From a virus (Duplodnaviria; Caudoviricetes), in IMG/VR virus record IMGVR_UViG_3300044627_003892: 64,000 bases of DNA; one strand, given 5' to 3'. Shown here piece after piece: positions 9,754 to 19,988 of this stretch; position 1 is the first letter of the stretch; each line of letters opens with the position of its first letter. Position numbers and translations under genes: made by a program. The notes below the pieces were generated by a model. The model was not told the DNA's origin. It was given only the letters and a program-made list of their open reading frames with translations, and made no database searches.

Positions 9754-10116
9754 ATGACAAAACCCAAAAAAAAACAAATTAATTTTACTAAAGACTCAAT
9801 TCTTGTTTTAATGCAAGAAATTTACAATGAGTTAGTAGAACAACGCTCAACGGCTATTAGAATTCAAAATAAAATGGTTGCCATGATGAAAGAACCTGAA
9901 GACATGACTCTAATTGGACCTGTTATTGAAAAACAACAAAAAATAATAAATGATTGTGTTGAGAAAAAATTACAACTTTCAAAGTTACAATCAGGTATTT
10001 GGGAAAAACAAAGTTCAAAAGAAGAATCATTTGATATTTCAAATATGGATGATGATGTTTTGCAAGGTTTATTAGATAAAGACATAAATTCTGATAATCA
10101 AAAATTTAGTTTATAA
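9754..10116 (+). CDS. Hypothetical coiled-coil protein
   Basis: 120-aa ORF with late motif, coupled to the next gene. Confidence 0.8.
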   Translation: MTKPKKKQINFTKDSILVLMQEIYNELVEQRSTAIRIQNKMVAMMKEPEDMTLIGPVIEKQQKIINDCVEKKLQLSKLQSGIWEKQSSKEESFDISNMDDDVLQGLLDKDINSDNQKFSL

Positions 10117-12038
10117 TGGCAATTAGTATTGACGAAGGGTTTGAACAAAGTAAGAATAAACTTAAAGTTTATAAGACTTTTCTGCAATCAAAATCGGAAA
10201 TTAAAAAACAAAAACTAAAAAACAAACTTGACGAAAAAAAACTTTCAAGACAACAAAAATCTTTAGAAAGGGCTAAAAAAAATCAAGAACGAAAAGAAAG
10301 AGCTCAATCAAGTTATGAACAACTTATTGATATTTTACAAATGGCCAAAGGTGCCGCAAAACCTAAAGATAATTACATTACAAATCTTTTAGTCAAAGTT
10401 ACTAAACAAATTAAACCAAAAATTTCTGAAATAATTTCAGAAGAAATGTTAAAATCTTTAAATTGTTCCGAAGAAAGTACGTTTAACAACCTTGCAATTT
10501 ATATTAAAGTAAGTAGTTTAGATTTAGGTAAAATTTTACTTATAAGTCCTACGGATACATGGGGAAAATGTATTTACGAACAAAATCCTTACGACTATTC
10601 TTCACCAAAAAAATCAACTAACCAACTTTTATATTACCTAATACAAACTCCAACGGCTCTGTCTCAAGGTGGTATTAATGGTATTACTAACCCTGTTAAT
10701 ACTAAGTATAAAGGACAAAGTGGACAGGACCTTTTTGACATACAATTTGTTACCGTAGATAATACCGGTACACCAGGTCAATATTATAAAATTACCTTAT
10801 CAAATAGGGTTTTAGGTTTAAATAGAGTTTCCGATTTTATTAATGATTATTTTAAAACTAATTCATTATTAGATTTACGATATCTACTAACAACTTTAAC
10901 TGACATTATTTTAGGTTGTGTTTCCGCAGATTTAAAACTTGGGGATAATCAATTAGATGACTCAACAAGATTTGGTTTAATCATACAACGAATATTAGGT
11001 CAATGTCAGGATTACAACGTTGAAATTGATGTCGGGGGACAAGCAAAATATCCCGAAGTAGATAATTCAACAGACACTATTTTTGAAATGGAATCTAATG
11101 ATTTAGAGTTTATTAACGAAAGGGTTCAATCAATTAAAGTAGGGATTAGAGAATTTGTTGATTGTAATAATATTGCGTTACCAATATCGGACACAAATTA
11201 TTTATCTAACAATATATCTAACGTTGGTGACGATGGTGAAAATTTAGATAATGAAATAAATAATATTATAACTAATTTAGTTAATGACCCAAGATGGGTT
11301 GCCAATTTTCCATTTCCTGACGCAATATCTTTAAGTTTAAATAAAGATTTTATAAGTCAATTACCTATGGCGATTATAAAATCAATTTTTTCTCCAAAAG
11401 TTTTATTACCATATATTATTATGGCAAAGGCTATTGGTAACATGTACGATGAAGGAATTGAGGGATATAATAATTTTTTAAGAAACAACAGGGCGTTAGT
11501 TCAGGCCATCGGTAGTCGAATAATGGCTTTGTTTTTAGAAGCTCTACTGATTGAGATTAAAAAAATTGTTATAGCATTGGCCAAAGCAATAATACAAGAC
11601 ATGACTGCGGAAAAAAAGGCAACAATTGCTACAGTAATAAATAAGATTGTTTCACTTTCAGTTTTAATTGCTCAAACAATCAATGATTTTCGAGAGTGTA
11701 GGAGTTTAGTTGATTATTTGTTGAAATTATTTCAATTAAGAATTCCTTTACCAAAACAAATTACACCAACACCAATTTTAGCATTATCTGACATATTAGA
11801 TGGTGCGTCGACAAATAGGGCATATATGAATCATTTAGAGTTTTTACAAAGCCTTGGGTTACCAACAGGACCAAATCCTAATGGAACACCAATGTATTCA
11901 AACATGGAAGGATTTTCAATAATGCAAGGTTTAAATAAAGAAAAGGAAGAAAATGGTAAAACAGAAATGTTTATTAAACCAATACCTATAGCGGGATATG
12001 CAACCAGCCCAATTAGAGTTACAGGAAAATACTTTTAA
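10116..12038 (+). CDS. Hypothetical protein, probable tail/baseplate component
   Basis: 640-aa ORF co-transcribed with the baseplate spike gene; no recognisable motif. Confidence 0.45.
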   Translation: MAISIDEGFEQSKNKLKVYKTFLQSKSEIKKQKLKNKLDEKKLSRQQKSLERAKKNQERKERAQSSYEQLIDILQMAKGAAKPKDNYITNLLVKVTKQIKPKISEIISEEMLKSLNCSEESTFNNLAIYIKVSSLDLGKILLISPTDTWGKCIYEQNPYDYSSPKKSTNQLLYYLIQTPTALSQGGINGITNPVNTKYKGQSGQDLFDIQFVTVDNTGTPGQYYKITLSNRVLGLNRVSDFINDYFKTNSLLDLRYLLTTLTDIILGCVSADLKLGDNQLDDSTRFGLIIQRILGQCQDYNVEIDVGGQAKYPEVDNSTDTIFEMESNDLEFINERVQSIKVGIREFVDCNNIALPISDTNYLSNNISNVGDDGENLDNEINNIITNLVNDPRWVANFPFPDAISLSLNKDFISQLPMAIIKSIFSPKVLLPYIIMAKAIGNMYDEGIEGYNNFLRNNRALVQAIGSRIMALFLEALLIEIKKIVIALAKAIIQDMTAEKKATIATVINKIVSLSVLIAQTINDFRECRSLVDYLLKLFQLRIPLPKQITPTPILALSDILDGASTNRAYMNHLEFLQSLGLPTGPNPNGTPMYSNMEGFSIMQGLNKEKEENGKTEMFIKPIPIAGYATSPIRVTGKYF

Positions 12039-12039
12039 T

Positions 12040-12237
12040 ATGGACCCAAAAATATTTAATATAATAAAAGAAAATAAAGATAGACCAAACAGAGATTTGG
12101 AGACCGCAATGAACTATCTAAATGAAGAATTTGAAAAAACTAAAGATTTAATAGTTAAATTATCTAAACATTTAGATAATGTTGAATTTAACTATAATAA
12201 GGTTTTAAAAGAATACGAATCTCGTAAAAAATCATGA
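12040..12237 (+). CDS. Hypothetical protein
   Basis: ATG 12040 one nt after the upstream TAA; MDPKIFNII... Confidence 0.7.
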   Translation: MDPKIFNIIKENKDRPNRDLETAMNYLNEEFEKTKDLIVKLSKHLDNVEFNYNKVLKEYESRKKS

Positions 12238-13796
12238 TGAAAAAAATAATATATGGTGGTAGAGTAATTGCCAATAATGACCCATGGATGATTGGTCGTG
12301 TTAGAATTTTTCCTGATGATGAAGCGATTCAACAGATATTAATTTCTAAAAAAGATGAATATGATTCTCAAGGTGTATCAATATTAAATGATAATCAAAG
12401 TGATGTTAGGGATGTTTATCAATTCACGTCTAAAGACCCATTTGTTTATCTACCTCTATTACCAATAAATCTTTCAATTTTACCTGAAATAAATGAGTAT
12501 GTTAATATAATTTACTCTAACAAAGAAGAAAATACAGGTAGAAAAAATCAATATTATGTTGCAAGTACTAAAAGTACTGTAATGAATATTGCATATGAAC
12601 AAAATTCTGCAACAAAGTCAATTTTAGCTGAAGGAGCTAACATTGCTCAAAATTTACCAATTAAAAACTATGATGGAACATATCCAAATAGTAAATCTAA
12701 AGGTGTTTTTGCTGAACCTCAAGATATTGGAATTTATTCGAAAGGAAGGTCTGATATTATTTTAAAAGATGGTGAAGTTTTAATTAGAGCGGTAAAAACA
12801 CTATCCCTTGAGCAAACACAAAGACCTCAGGTTAATCAAAAAAGGACTTTTTTACAACTATCATATTTTGATAAAAAATTAACTTATTTACCTGAAAAAA
12901 CTGTTCAAGTACCATTTTTGGTCGATAATAATGTAAAAAAATTGTTAGAGTATGATGTTATTAATATTAATAACTCATCACAAGGAAATTATACTGGTAG
13001 TATTAAAATTTACAATTTACCACCTATAGATTTAACAAAAGTTTCTGTATTTAATCAAGATACTTCATTGCCGGCAACAGTTACTACACCGGCTTATATT
13101 GACGAATTTATTAATGTATCTGAAGAAGAATTAGTGTTAAGAATAAATAACGCAATAGGAGGTTTAAATAAAGGTAAAGTTGATGGGTATAATAAACCTG
13201 ATTATTTTGCATCTGATGGTGAAAGATTTCCATTTTATTACAGACCTGGTGTTAATTTAAAAATGGCATTACAAAACCCAATAGTATCAAATAGTTACAT
13301 AAACGCTGCTTCAATAACTAATAAAATTAAATTTATTGGTTCAACACTAAATAAAGGTTATGATTTAGTTTCCGCTGAAAATCGAACTGGAAGAATTACA
13401 GATTATAATAGAATTAAAACACAAGCCGTTCAAGTTTCACCAATCCAAGAAGGTTATGCTGTTTTAGGTGGCGATAATGTTTATTTATTATCACATAATT
13501 CTTCAATACCAGGAAAGAAAAAATTAAATCTTGGTGATGACACAGTTTATGGAATTCCTGTTGATGAATTATCGTTAAATTATATTAGTAACACTTCTGG
13601 GATTGTTAGAGGAGACCAATTAAAAGAACTTTTAAATTTAATTATAACATTTTTAACAAATCATACCCACCCTTGGCATAACTTATCCCCCGATGAAAAA
13701 CCTTTTAGTGGGGACGGTCCTTCTAAGTCATCAATAACAAGTGAACTTGCTTTATTTGATTCTAAAGTAATTAATCAAAATATTAGAACGAATTGA
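12234..13796 (+). CDS. Baseplate central spike protein (gp5/VgrG/gpV-like)
   Basis: N-terminal GRVIANNDPWMIGRVRI (gp5 OB-fold signature DPxxxGRVRV) and C-terminal FLTNHTHPWH (HxH metal-binding spike tip). Confidence 0.75.
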   Translation: MMKKIIYGGRVIANNDPWMIGRVRIFPDDEAIQQILISKKDEYDSQGVSILNDNQSDVRDVYQFTSKDPFVYLPLLPINLSILPEINEYVNIIYSNKEENTGRKNQYYVASTKSTVMNIAYEQNSATKSILAEGANIAQNLPIKNYDGTYPNSKSKGVFAEPQDIGIYSKGRSDIILKDGEVLIRAVKTLSLEQTQRPQVNQKRTFLQLSYFDKKLTYLPEKTVQVPFLVDNNVKKLLEYDVININNSSQGNYTGSIKIYNLPPIDLTKVSVFNQDTSLPATVTTPAYIDEFINVSEEELVLRINNAIGGLNKGKVDGYNKPDYFASDGERFPFYYRPGVNLKMALQNPIVSNSYINAASITNKIKFIGSTLNKGYDLVSAENRTGRITDYNRIKTQAVQVSPIQEGYAVLGGDNVYLLSHNSSIPGKKKLNLGDDTVYGIPVDELSLNYISNTSGIVRGDQLKELLNLIITFLTNHTHPWHNLSPDEKPFSGDGPSKSSITSELALFDSKVINQNIRTN

Positions 13797-13815
13797 TATT
13801 TATTGAAAAAAGATA

Positions 13816-15309
13816 ATGTCAATTCATCGCTCATATTTTAATAGAAACAATACAATTCAATATAACAGTTTCACAAACACTGGTAAATCACCGTGGACTG
13901 AACTGTATTTTGGGTCGGCAAACGATTCTATAAGTCCGTCAGGATTTAGTCGTTTTATATTTGATTTAAATTTATCAGGTCTTACCCAAAAAATTCAAGA
14001 CGGAATCATATCTACAGGATGTACAGGATTTTCGGGTATAACTCATACTTTAAGAATGACAAATACTTCGTCATTTGATAACGAGTTATTAAATGATACA
14101 ACCTCAACAGGTAGAAGAAGAGCAACTTCTTTTGATTTAATATTATTTAGAATACCTTTAACTTCAGGTTCAACAGGTAATGCTCAATCTTGGGATGAGG
14201 GTGTTGGATACGATTACTATAATATAACAAAGACCTTAAATACTTCTAACGGATTATTAACACCAATAGCTCTACCTCAAGATAAATCATCGTCACAAAG
14301 ACCTTCCAATTGGTTTCAAACTACAACATTAAGTGGATGGAGTACTAATGGAATATATAATAATACAACTGGAGGTAATGTTGATTATTCGGATTTAATT
14401 ATTGTTGATACTCAACATTTTGAATTTGGTAATGAAGATATTGAGTTTAATATGACAAATGAAATTAATCAATATCTTACAGGTTCCACATCAGGATTTA
14501 CAGGATGGGGTATTGCGTATTTACCTCAATTAGAAAATTTAACAGGGTTAACTGAAAATTATTCTGTTGGATTTTTTACAAGACACACTCAAACATTTTA
14601 TGAACCGTTTTTGGAAACATCATATAACGATTTAATATTAGATAATAGAAATTCATTCTATTCTTACAATAATAATAATCTTTATTTATATTCTTATATT
14701 GGAGGGGTTCCAACGAGTTTAGACAATTTACCGTTGGTTACAATTAGAAATAACCAGGACAGTGTTATTGGTACTTATACAAGTTGTCAAATAACACAGG
14801 GTGTTTATCAAATAACAACAAGTGGGATAACTGTAACAACTCCATGTATGTTTACTGATACTTGGTCTAATTTAGTATATAATGGTGTTTCATTACCTAA
14901 TGTGGTTAATGATTTAACAGTATTACCTTATCAAGGGTATTTTACATTAGGAACACAAAGTAAAGACCCTGAATTATTTGGATTTGATTTTTATGGTATT
15001 AAACAAGATGAAAAAATATTAAACACTGATTTACGAAAAGTTGGTGTAATTGTTAAAAAAGCATATTCTTCAAATGAAGTTTTAACACCTGTAACAGTAT
15101 ATTATAGAGTTTATGTTCACGAAGGCCAGACAGAAGTACAAGTTCAAGATTGGACGTTAGTTAATAGAGCGTCAAATGAGTACTATTTTATATTTGACAC
15201 AAGAGATAAAATCCCTAATGAATATTTTATTGATTTAAAAGTATTAACATCAGGTGAAGTAGATACTTATAAAAGAACAATTAAATTCCAAATTGTTAAC
15301 AAAAAATGA
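13816..15309 (+). CDS. Probable virion structural protein (T/S/G/N-rich, beta-rich)
   Basis: 497 aa, late motif at 13797-13804, SRFIFDLNL segment typical of phage tail-associated beta-sandwich proteins. Confidence 0.5.
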   Translation: MSIHRSYFNRNNTIQYNSFTNTGKSPWTELYFGSANDSISPSGFSRFIFDLNLSGLTQKIQDGIISTGCTGFSGITHTLRMTNTSSFDNELLNDTTSTGRRRATSFDLILFRIPLTSGSTGNAQSWDEGVGYDYYNITKTLNTSNGLLTPIALPQDKSSSQRPSNWFQTTTLSGWSTNGIYNNTTGGNVDYSDLIIVDTQHFEFGNEDIEFNMTNEINQYLTGSTSGFTGWGIAYLPQLENLTGLTENYSVGFFTRHTQTFYEPFLETSYNDLILDNRNSFYSYNNNNLYLYSYIGGVPTSLDNLPLVTIRNNQDSVIGTYTSCQITQGVYQITTSGITVTTPCMFTDTWSNLVYNGVSLPNVVNDLTVLPYQGYFTLGTQSKDPELFGFDFYGIKQDEKILNTDLRKVGVIVKKAYSSNEVLTPVTVYYRVYVHEGQTEVQVQDWTLVNRASNEYYFIFDTRDKIPNEYFIDLKVLTSGEVDTYKRTIKFQIVNKK

Positions 15310-15824
15310 AAAAAGTAACATTAAAAGAAAACGAATACGTTAAATTATTAAAATTTGTTTTATCCGAAGCTTTTACGGCAGGGGAAGATAAGATTGACGC
15401 AATTTTAGATAAAATTAGTCAATCAGGTATGGAATCAATCACACCTGAAGAAAGAGAAACTCTTGAAAAATTTACTAAGGGTATTTCAATAGAAGATGAG
15501 TCATCATCTAAAGAAGATTTTATGACAAAAGCGGGTGGTTTTTGGTCTTTTGAATTTCCAGGAATGCCATCGTTTAAATTTAGATATGAGTCAACTGAAG
15601 ATACTGAAGATGAAAAAATACATACAGGATATCTAACAGTTGATGATAGTGATTACTATGGTGAAATTTATTGTGATACGGAAGGTAATTTCCAAACTTG
15701 TATGTTTGAAAATACAACTGAAGGAACCAACGTATTTGAGGATTATGAAGGTTTAGAACACGATATTGAAGTGTTTTTAGATGTTGTCTGTAATGACCTA
15801 AAAGAAGATGATATGATGGCGTAA
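15306..15824 (+). CDS. Hypothetical acidic protein with propeptide-like N-terminus
   Basis: MKKVTLKE...VLSE, then DKIDAILDKISQSGMESITPEERETL (resembles the DUF6576 helical hairpin). Confidence 0.6.
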   Translation: MKKVTLKENEYVKLLKFVLSEAFTAGEDKIDAILDKISQSGMESITPEERETLEKFTKGISIEDESSSKEDFMTKAGGFWSFEFPGMPSFKFRYESTEDTEDEKIHTGYLTVDDSDYYGEIYCDTEGNFQTCMFENTTEGTNVFEDYEGLEHDIEVFLDVVCNDLKEDDMMA

Positions 15825-15825
15825 T

Positions 15826-16269
15826 ATGAAAAATTTAAATAACATAATTAAAAAAGTTCTTAAAGAGGAAAATCAAAGATACATGTTTTTCTCTAACTTA
15901 GAACAAATGAAACGCCAATGTGAAATACTACTTGGTAAAGATAAACAAATGATAGAATCAATTTTAGATAATGGACACGATTGGGCTCAAGACCATATTG
16001 CCGAAGCTAAAAATAATATGGACCAAGTATTTGATTTTATCATGAATGAAATCGAGGGTGAAGATTTTAGTAGTGATGACGCTGTAGAAGTAATGTATGA
16101 AGGTCGTAAAAAAGCGGGTACTAAATTATGTGCTCGTGGTAAAGCAGCGGCCGAGTCAAAATATGACGTGTATCCCTCAGCTTACGCTAATGGTTATGCG
16201 ATTCAAGTATGTAAAGGTAAAAAACCTGGTTTAGACGGAAAAAAACGTTGTTCAGGAGCATATTGTTAA
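15826..16269 (+). CDS. Hypothetical protein with basic Cys-containing C-terminal module
   Basis: MKNLNNIIKKVLKEE N-terminus; KLCARGKAAA...YPSAYANGYA..CKG. Confidence 0.75.
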   Translation: MKNLNNIIKKVLKEENQRYMFFSNLEQMKRQCEILLGKDKQMIESILDNGHDWAQDHIAEAKNNMDQVFDFIMNEIEGEDFSSDDAVEVMYEGRKKAGTKLCARGKAAAESKYDVYPSAYANGYAIQVCKGKKPGLDGKKRCSGAYC

Positions 16270-16300
16270 TCAAAAATTTTGAATTATTAAAAAATCATAG

Positions 16301-16308
16301 TATGTTTG
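16301..16308 (+). promoter_or_regulatory. Bacteroidetes sigma-A type -7 element TATGTTTG
   Basis: Matches TAnnTTTG, 19 nt upstream of ATG 16328. Confidence 0.55.
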
Positions 16309-16327
16309 TAGTCAAATCATAAATAAC

Positions 16328-16732
16328 ATGACTATAATTAAAAAACTGTGGATTAAATATCGTCTATATCTACGTCGATTAGACCGAGAAAGTACCGAAT
16401 TTGACATTTATATGTCTAACGTGAGGAAATGTTCCACCATATGTAGAAAACTCATTCATTCGGAAGATTCTGAACTCATAATTGCTCCAATATCAGACAA
16501 AAAATATATCCGTAATGATAAATTAGGTATTTTTGTTACTATGGATGGTGGACAAGTTACAGTAACTAATCATACATACAGTTATTTTATTAAATTGAGT
16601 AAAATTCAATGGGATAAATTGGTCGGTACATTTCGTAAAGAAATGGAATTTAGAGCAATGGAGATTGAAAAAGAATTAGAAACTCAAATTAATCACTCAC
16701 TTGATAATATTTATAATAAAATAAATTGTTAA
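16328..16732 (+). CDS. Hypothetical protein
   Basis: 134-aa ORF preceded by a host-type promoter. Confidence 0.75.
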   Translation: MTIIKKLWIKYRLYLRRLDRESTEFDIYMSNVRKCSTICRKLIHSEDSELIIAPISDKKYIRNDKLGIFVTMDGGQVTVTNHTYSYFIKLSKIQWDKLVGTFRKEMEFRAMEIEKELETQINHSLDNIYNKINC

Positions 16733-16742
16733 TATTAAAGTC

Positions 16743-16988
16743 ATGTCAAAGTTAGATACACAAATTAAAAAAGTATTAAGAGAAATGTCTGAAGAACCTG
16801 AATACGGAAGATTGGATAGAAGTTTAATTCAAGATGTTATCGATAGAATATTATCTGATGAAACGGGTGAATATAAAAATGCGTTAAGAGAATTAAATTC
16901 TGAATACAATACAGGACAATACTCAAGACCTGAAAGAACTTATGAACCTCTTAAACCAGGTATTAGAGTTAGTAAAAGTATTTATTAA
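16743..16988 (+). CDS. Hypothetical protein with propeptide-like N-terminus
   Basis: MSKLDTQIKKVLRE; TATTTATA at 16708-16715. Confidence 0.7.
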   Translation: MSKLDTQIKKVLREMSEEPEYGRLDRSLIQDVIDRILSDETGEYKNALRELNSEYNTGQYSRPERTYEPLKPGIRVSKSIY

Positions 16989-17722
16989 TCTAAAGCCTTC
17001 CTAATTAAAGATATTAAGACCGATTCGTTGGTCTTTTTCTTTTTTGGTTTGTATGAAGTCATAACAGGTTTTTGACCTTTTCCTGTTTGAGTATCTTTCT
17101 TTTCGGCCTTTCTTTTTTGTTGACAAGCCGCTTGTTTTTGAGAATCGGACATTTTAGCAGCCACACCAACCGCTCTACATTTAGGATAACTTTTTTCACT
17201 ACCCTCAGGTCTACCACAAGGTGGATGTTTACCATCTTTTTTACTACAAATATTAACCCATGGACCTTTAGGTTGTTTACTACCCTTTGGTTTTTTCTTA
17301 GTTCCAAACCAAACACCTAAATCTTCATTAGTATCTTTTTTTGATTCATTCACCGAATCTACTTGATAATGTGGTTCGAGTCTCTTAAATGGAGCATACG
17401 CATATTCATCATCTCCTTCATCAGGAGCATCTTGTCTATAATCTTTATCTCTAATATGTTTTGCTAATTTTTCTCTTTTTTGAATTTCTTTTTTAGATTT
17501 TTTAACATGACCATCTAATGAATCGTAATTTATTTCAGCGTCAACATAATCAGATACAGGGTCAATAAATGGCATTAAATTTTTATCAAACCATTTTCTA
17601 ATTCCTGGTCTAATTGGTGGTTTGTATGTGCCACCAACAGTTGATGTCGTAGAGGCTTCATTTAAATATTTCTCATATTCAGTTAATTTTTTAAAAATAT
17701 CTAATAAGTTCGTGCTTTCCAT
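16985..17722 (-). CDS. Hypothetical protein with basic C-terminal W/C-containing module
   Basis: LGVWFG..WVNICS..CGR..YPKCR module; start placed at MESTNLL (17722), 17728 possible; late motif at 17747-17754. Confidence 0.75.
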   Translation of the reverse strand: MESTNLLDIFKKLTEYEKYLNEASTTSTVGGTYKPPIRPGIRKWFDKNLMPFIDPVSDYVDAEINYDSLDGHVKKSKKEIQKREKLAKHIRDKDYRQDAPDEGDDEYAYAPFKRLEPHYQVDSVNESKKDTNEDLGVWFGTKKKPKGSKQPKGPWVNICSKKDGKHPPCGRPEGSEKSYPKCRAVGVAAKMSDSQKQAACQQKRKAEKKDTQTGKGQKPVMTSYKPKKKKTNESVLISLIRKALD

Positions 17723-17763
17723 AATCAATTTAAATTATTATCATTATATAAATATTACAAATT

Positions 17764-18018
17764 ATGGAACATTCTAATGAAGATATATTAAAAGAAGAAA
17801 TTATTGAAAAATTCAAAAATTTAAATCCTATTGGAAGTTTATTTGATGCTATTAATTATACTTCTTATGAAGATTTAGACAAATTCATAGTTAATATGTC
17901 TCAAGAACAATCTCTTTATTGTTTAATGGAGGCAGTTAAATGCTCATACAGAAGAGGTGTATTTACTCTTGAGGAAAGTGAAGCTATATCTAAATCACTT
18001 AGGATTTTATCTAAATAA
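17764..18018 (+). CDS. Hypothetical protein
   Basis: 84-aa ORF ending at a terminator. Confidence 0.7.
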   Translation: MEHSNEDILKEEIIEKFKNLNPIGSLFDAINYTSYEDLDKFIVNMSQEQSLYCLMEAVKCSYRRGVFTLEESEAISKSLRILSK

Positions 18019-18047
18019 AAAAAGGTCAGATTTCTCTGACCTTTTTT
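18017..18047. terminator. Bidirectional intrinsic terminator
   Basis: AAAAAAAGGTCAGA-tttc-TCTGACCTTTTTT between convergent genes. Confidence 0.85.
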
Positions 18048-18066
18048 ATTATCGATTAAGATAAGA

Positions 18067-19959
18067 TTATCTTAACTCATTCAAATCGAATGTACGAACA
18101 CCATCAACGATGATACGTCCATAGAAACGGTTATTAACCATCTTCTTAGCGTAACGTGTCATAATACCCTTGATAGGAGTAAAGTTGAATGGGTTATACA
18201 TTGTTGGAGTTAATTGTAACGGTACGTATGGAGCGTAGATGTAACCAGTATCCAATAAAGAAGTACCTTTATGACCAATCAACACAGTGTTAGCTGGGAA
18301 GTATGGGTCACGGTATACTTGGTAACGACCACTTAATGTACCAACTCTCTCAATACCCATGTTGAATTGGTCCTGCTCAGGAGCCGCATTTGATACGTGG
18401 AAGTATTCCAAGTCATCAAAGATAGCACTGATTTCAGAAGATACAACAATCCAGTTAGCTCCACCTCTTAAAGTAGACTTATGGATTTGAGCTGAAATTT
18501 GGTTGATTGCAGTAATCAACGTTTGATTCCAGTCCTTTTGAGTGTAAGGAGTTGATTGGTTGTTCAGACGCTTCCATCCGTTGTAATCCCAACGTAATGT
18601 CCAAGCCGCACCTTTACGTAAGTCACGTAAAATTTCACGGTCAATTTCAGCCGCCACTTGCTCAGATAATAAAGCTGTTAATTCAGCTTCAGCATCGATG
18701 TTGTGGAATGCCGCAACGTCTTGTGCCATTTCTGGAGACCATTGTGCTCTTAATTTTCTTTCTGTTACAGAAACAGTTACTGACTCAAGGTCAAAAGAAA
18801 CTTCACCAATCTTATCTTCAAATTCTAACTCTTCGTAACGTCTCCAAGCAGCTTGGATGTTAGTATATGCATTACCAGTACCAGCAGTAGCTCCTGACCA
18901 ATATTGGTTAGTCAATGAAGAACCTGAATATCCATCAGGAGTTGATTGTCCACATGCGATACATGCTGGAACTTGTAAATCAACTTCTAAATAGATAAAT
19001 CCTTTTTGGTCACATACGTTATCATAATAACCACCATTACCACCTGTAGTTTGAGCTCCAGGGAATGCAGCTTGTGTTGAAGTGTATTGAGGACCATACA
19101 TAGCCTGACCATACTTCTGAGTTACAACACGATATAAAAGTGGAGTATATGTTGCAACACCCAAGTCGGTAGCAACGTTTGTGTTATTAGTATAAAGAAC
19201 CAAATTAGATAAGAAAGATTCAGTATCTTGCTCTTGTCCGTCAGGTCCGATTAATTTACCTATACCACTAGCACTTAAACCTGAAAGTGCAACAATAACT
19301 TTACGATATTCAGTTTTTGAAGCCGCAACTTGTCCAAGAAGAGTATAACCTGAAGCAATTAACGCACCATTAGACCAAGCAACTGTCGGTGTGTTTGCAG
19401 TATAAGTTACAAAACGTCCTTTAGAATAATCGAATAAACCTGCTGGGTCAAGACCTGGCTCAGTTCCTTCGTAGAATAAATCATAAAGATTTTTTGTATA
19501 TGCTCCTGAAGATGTACCATAACCTGCGTTAGGGTCACCAGGATAGTTTCCAGGAGAACCTACAGGTGCGTAGTGGTCACCTGAAGTAACGTTTACACCA
19601 TTGATTGAAGAACCTCCAGAATAACCTTGGATTTGAGGTACAAAGTAGAACAATTTACCGATTGGTAAGTTCATAGCTTGTACAGAAACGATTTCGTTAG
19701 ACAATAATTTAGAGAACACACGTCTGATGATAGGGAATACCACAGTCTCGAATGAACCTGAATCTGCCGTAGAAGATGCTTCGTTAATTAAATGTGACGC
19801 TTGGTTTTCATACAATTGTGCAACATTTTCTTTTAGGTGGCCTTTAAGACCTTCAAGGAACCCTAATTTGTCCCATTTGTTTATAGTGTCTTCTTTGATA
19901 ACTTTCAAGTGCTTAAGACCGATGTTACCTACTAATCCACTTTCTAATAATGCTCCCAT
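18067..19959 (-). CDS. gp23: Major capsid protein (T4 gp23-like)
   Basis: IIRRVFSKLLSNEIVSVQAMNLPIGKLFY, TERKLRAQWSPEMAQD, AELTALLSEQVAAEIDREIL, YIYAPYVPLQ, IMTRYA. Confidence 0.95.
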   Translation of the reverse strand: MGALLESGLVGNIGLKHLKVIKEDTINKWDKLGFLEGLKGHLKENVAQLYENQASHLINEASSTADSGSFETVVFPIIRRVFSKLLSNEIVSVQAMNLPIGKLFYFVPQIQGYSGGSSINGVNVTSGDHYAPVGSPGNYPGDPNAGYGTSSGAYTKNLYDLFYEGTEPGLDPAGLFDYSKGRFVTYTANTPTVAWSNGALIASGYTLLGQVAASKTEYRKVIVALSGLSASGIGKLIGPDGQEQDTESFLSNLVLYTNNTNVATDLGVATYTPLLYRVVTQKYGQAMYGPQYTSTQAAFPGAQTTGGNGGYYDNVCDQKGFIYLEVDLQVPACIACGQSTPDGYSGSSLTNQYWSGATAGTGNAYTNIQAAWRRYEELEFEDKIGEVSFDLESVTVSVTERKLRAQWSPEMAQDVAAFHNIDAEAELTALLSEQVAAEIDREILRDLRKGAAWTLRWDYNGWKRLNNQSTPYTQKDWNQTLITAINQISAQIHKSTLRGGANWIVVSSEISAIFDDLEYFHVSNAAPEQDQFNMGIERVGTLSGRYQVYRDPYFPANTVLIGHKGTSLLDTGYIYAPYVPLQLTPTMYNPFNFTPIKGIMTRYAKKMVNNRFYGRIIVDGVRTFDLNELR

Positions 19960-19988
19960 TTATTTTATAGGTTTTTTATTTTTTAAGT

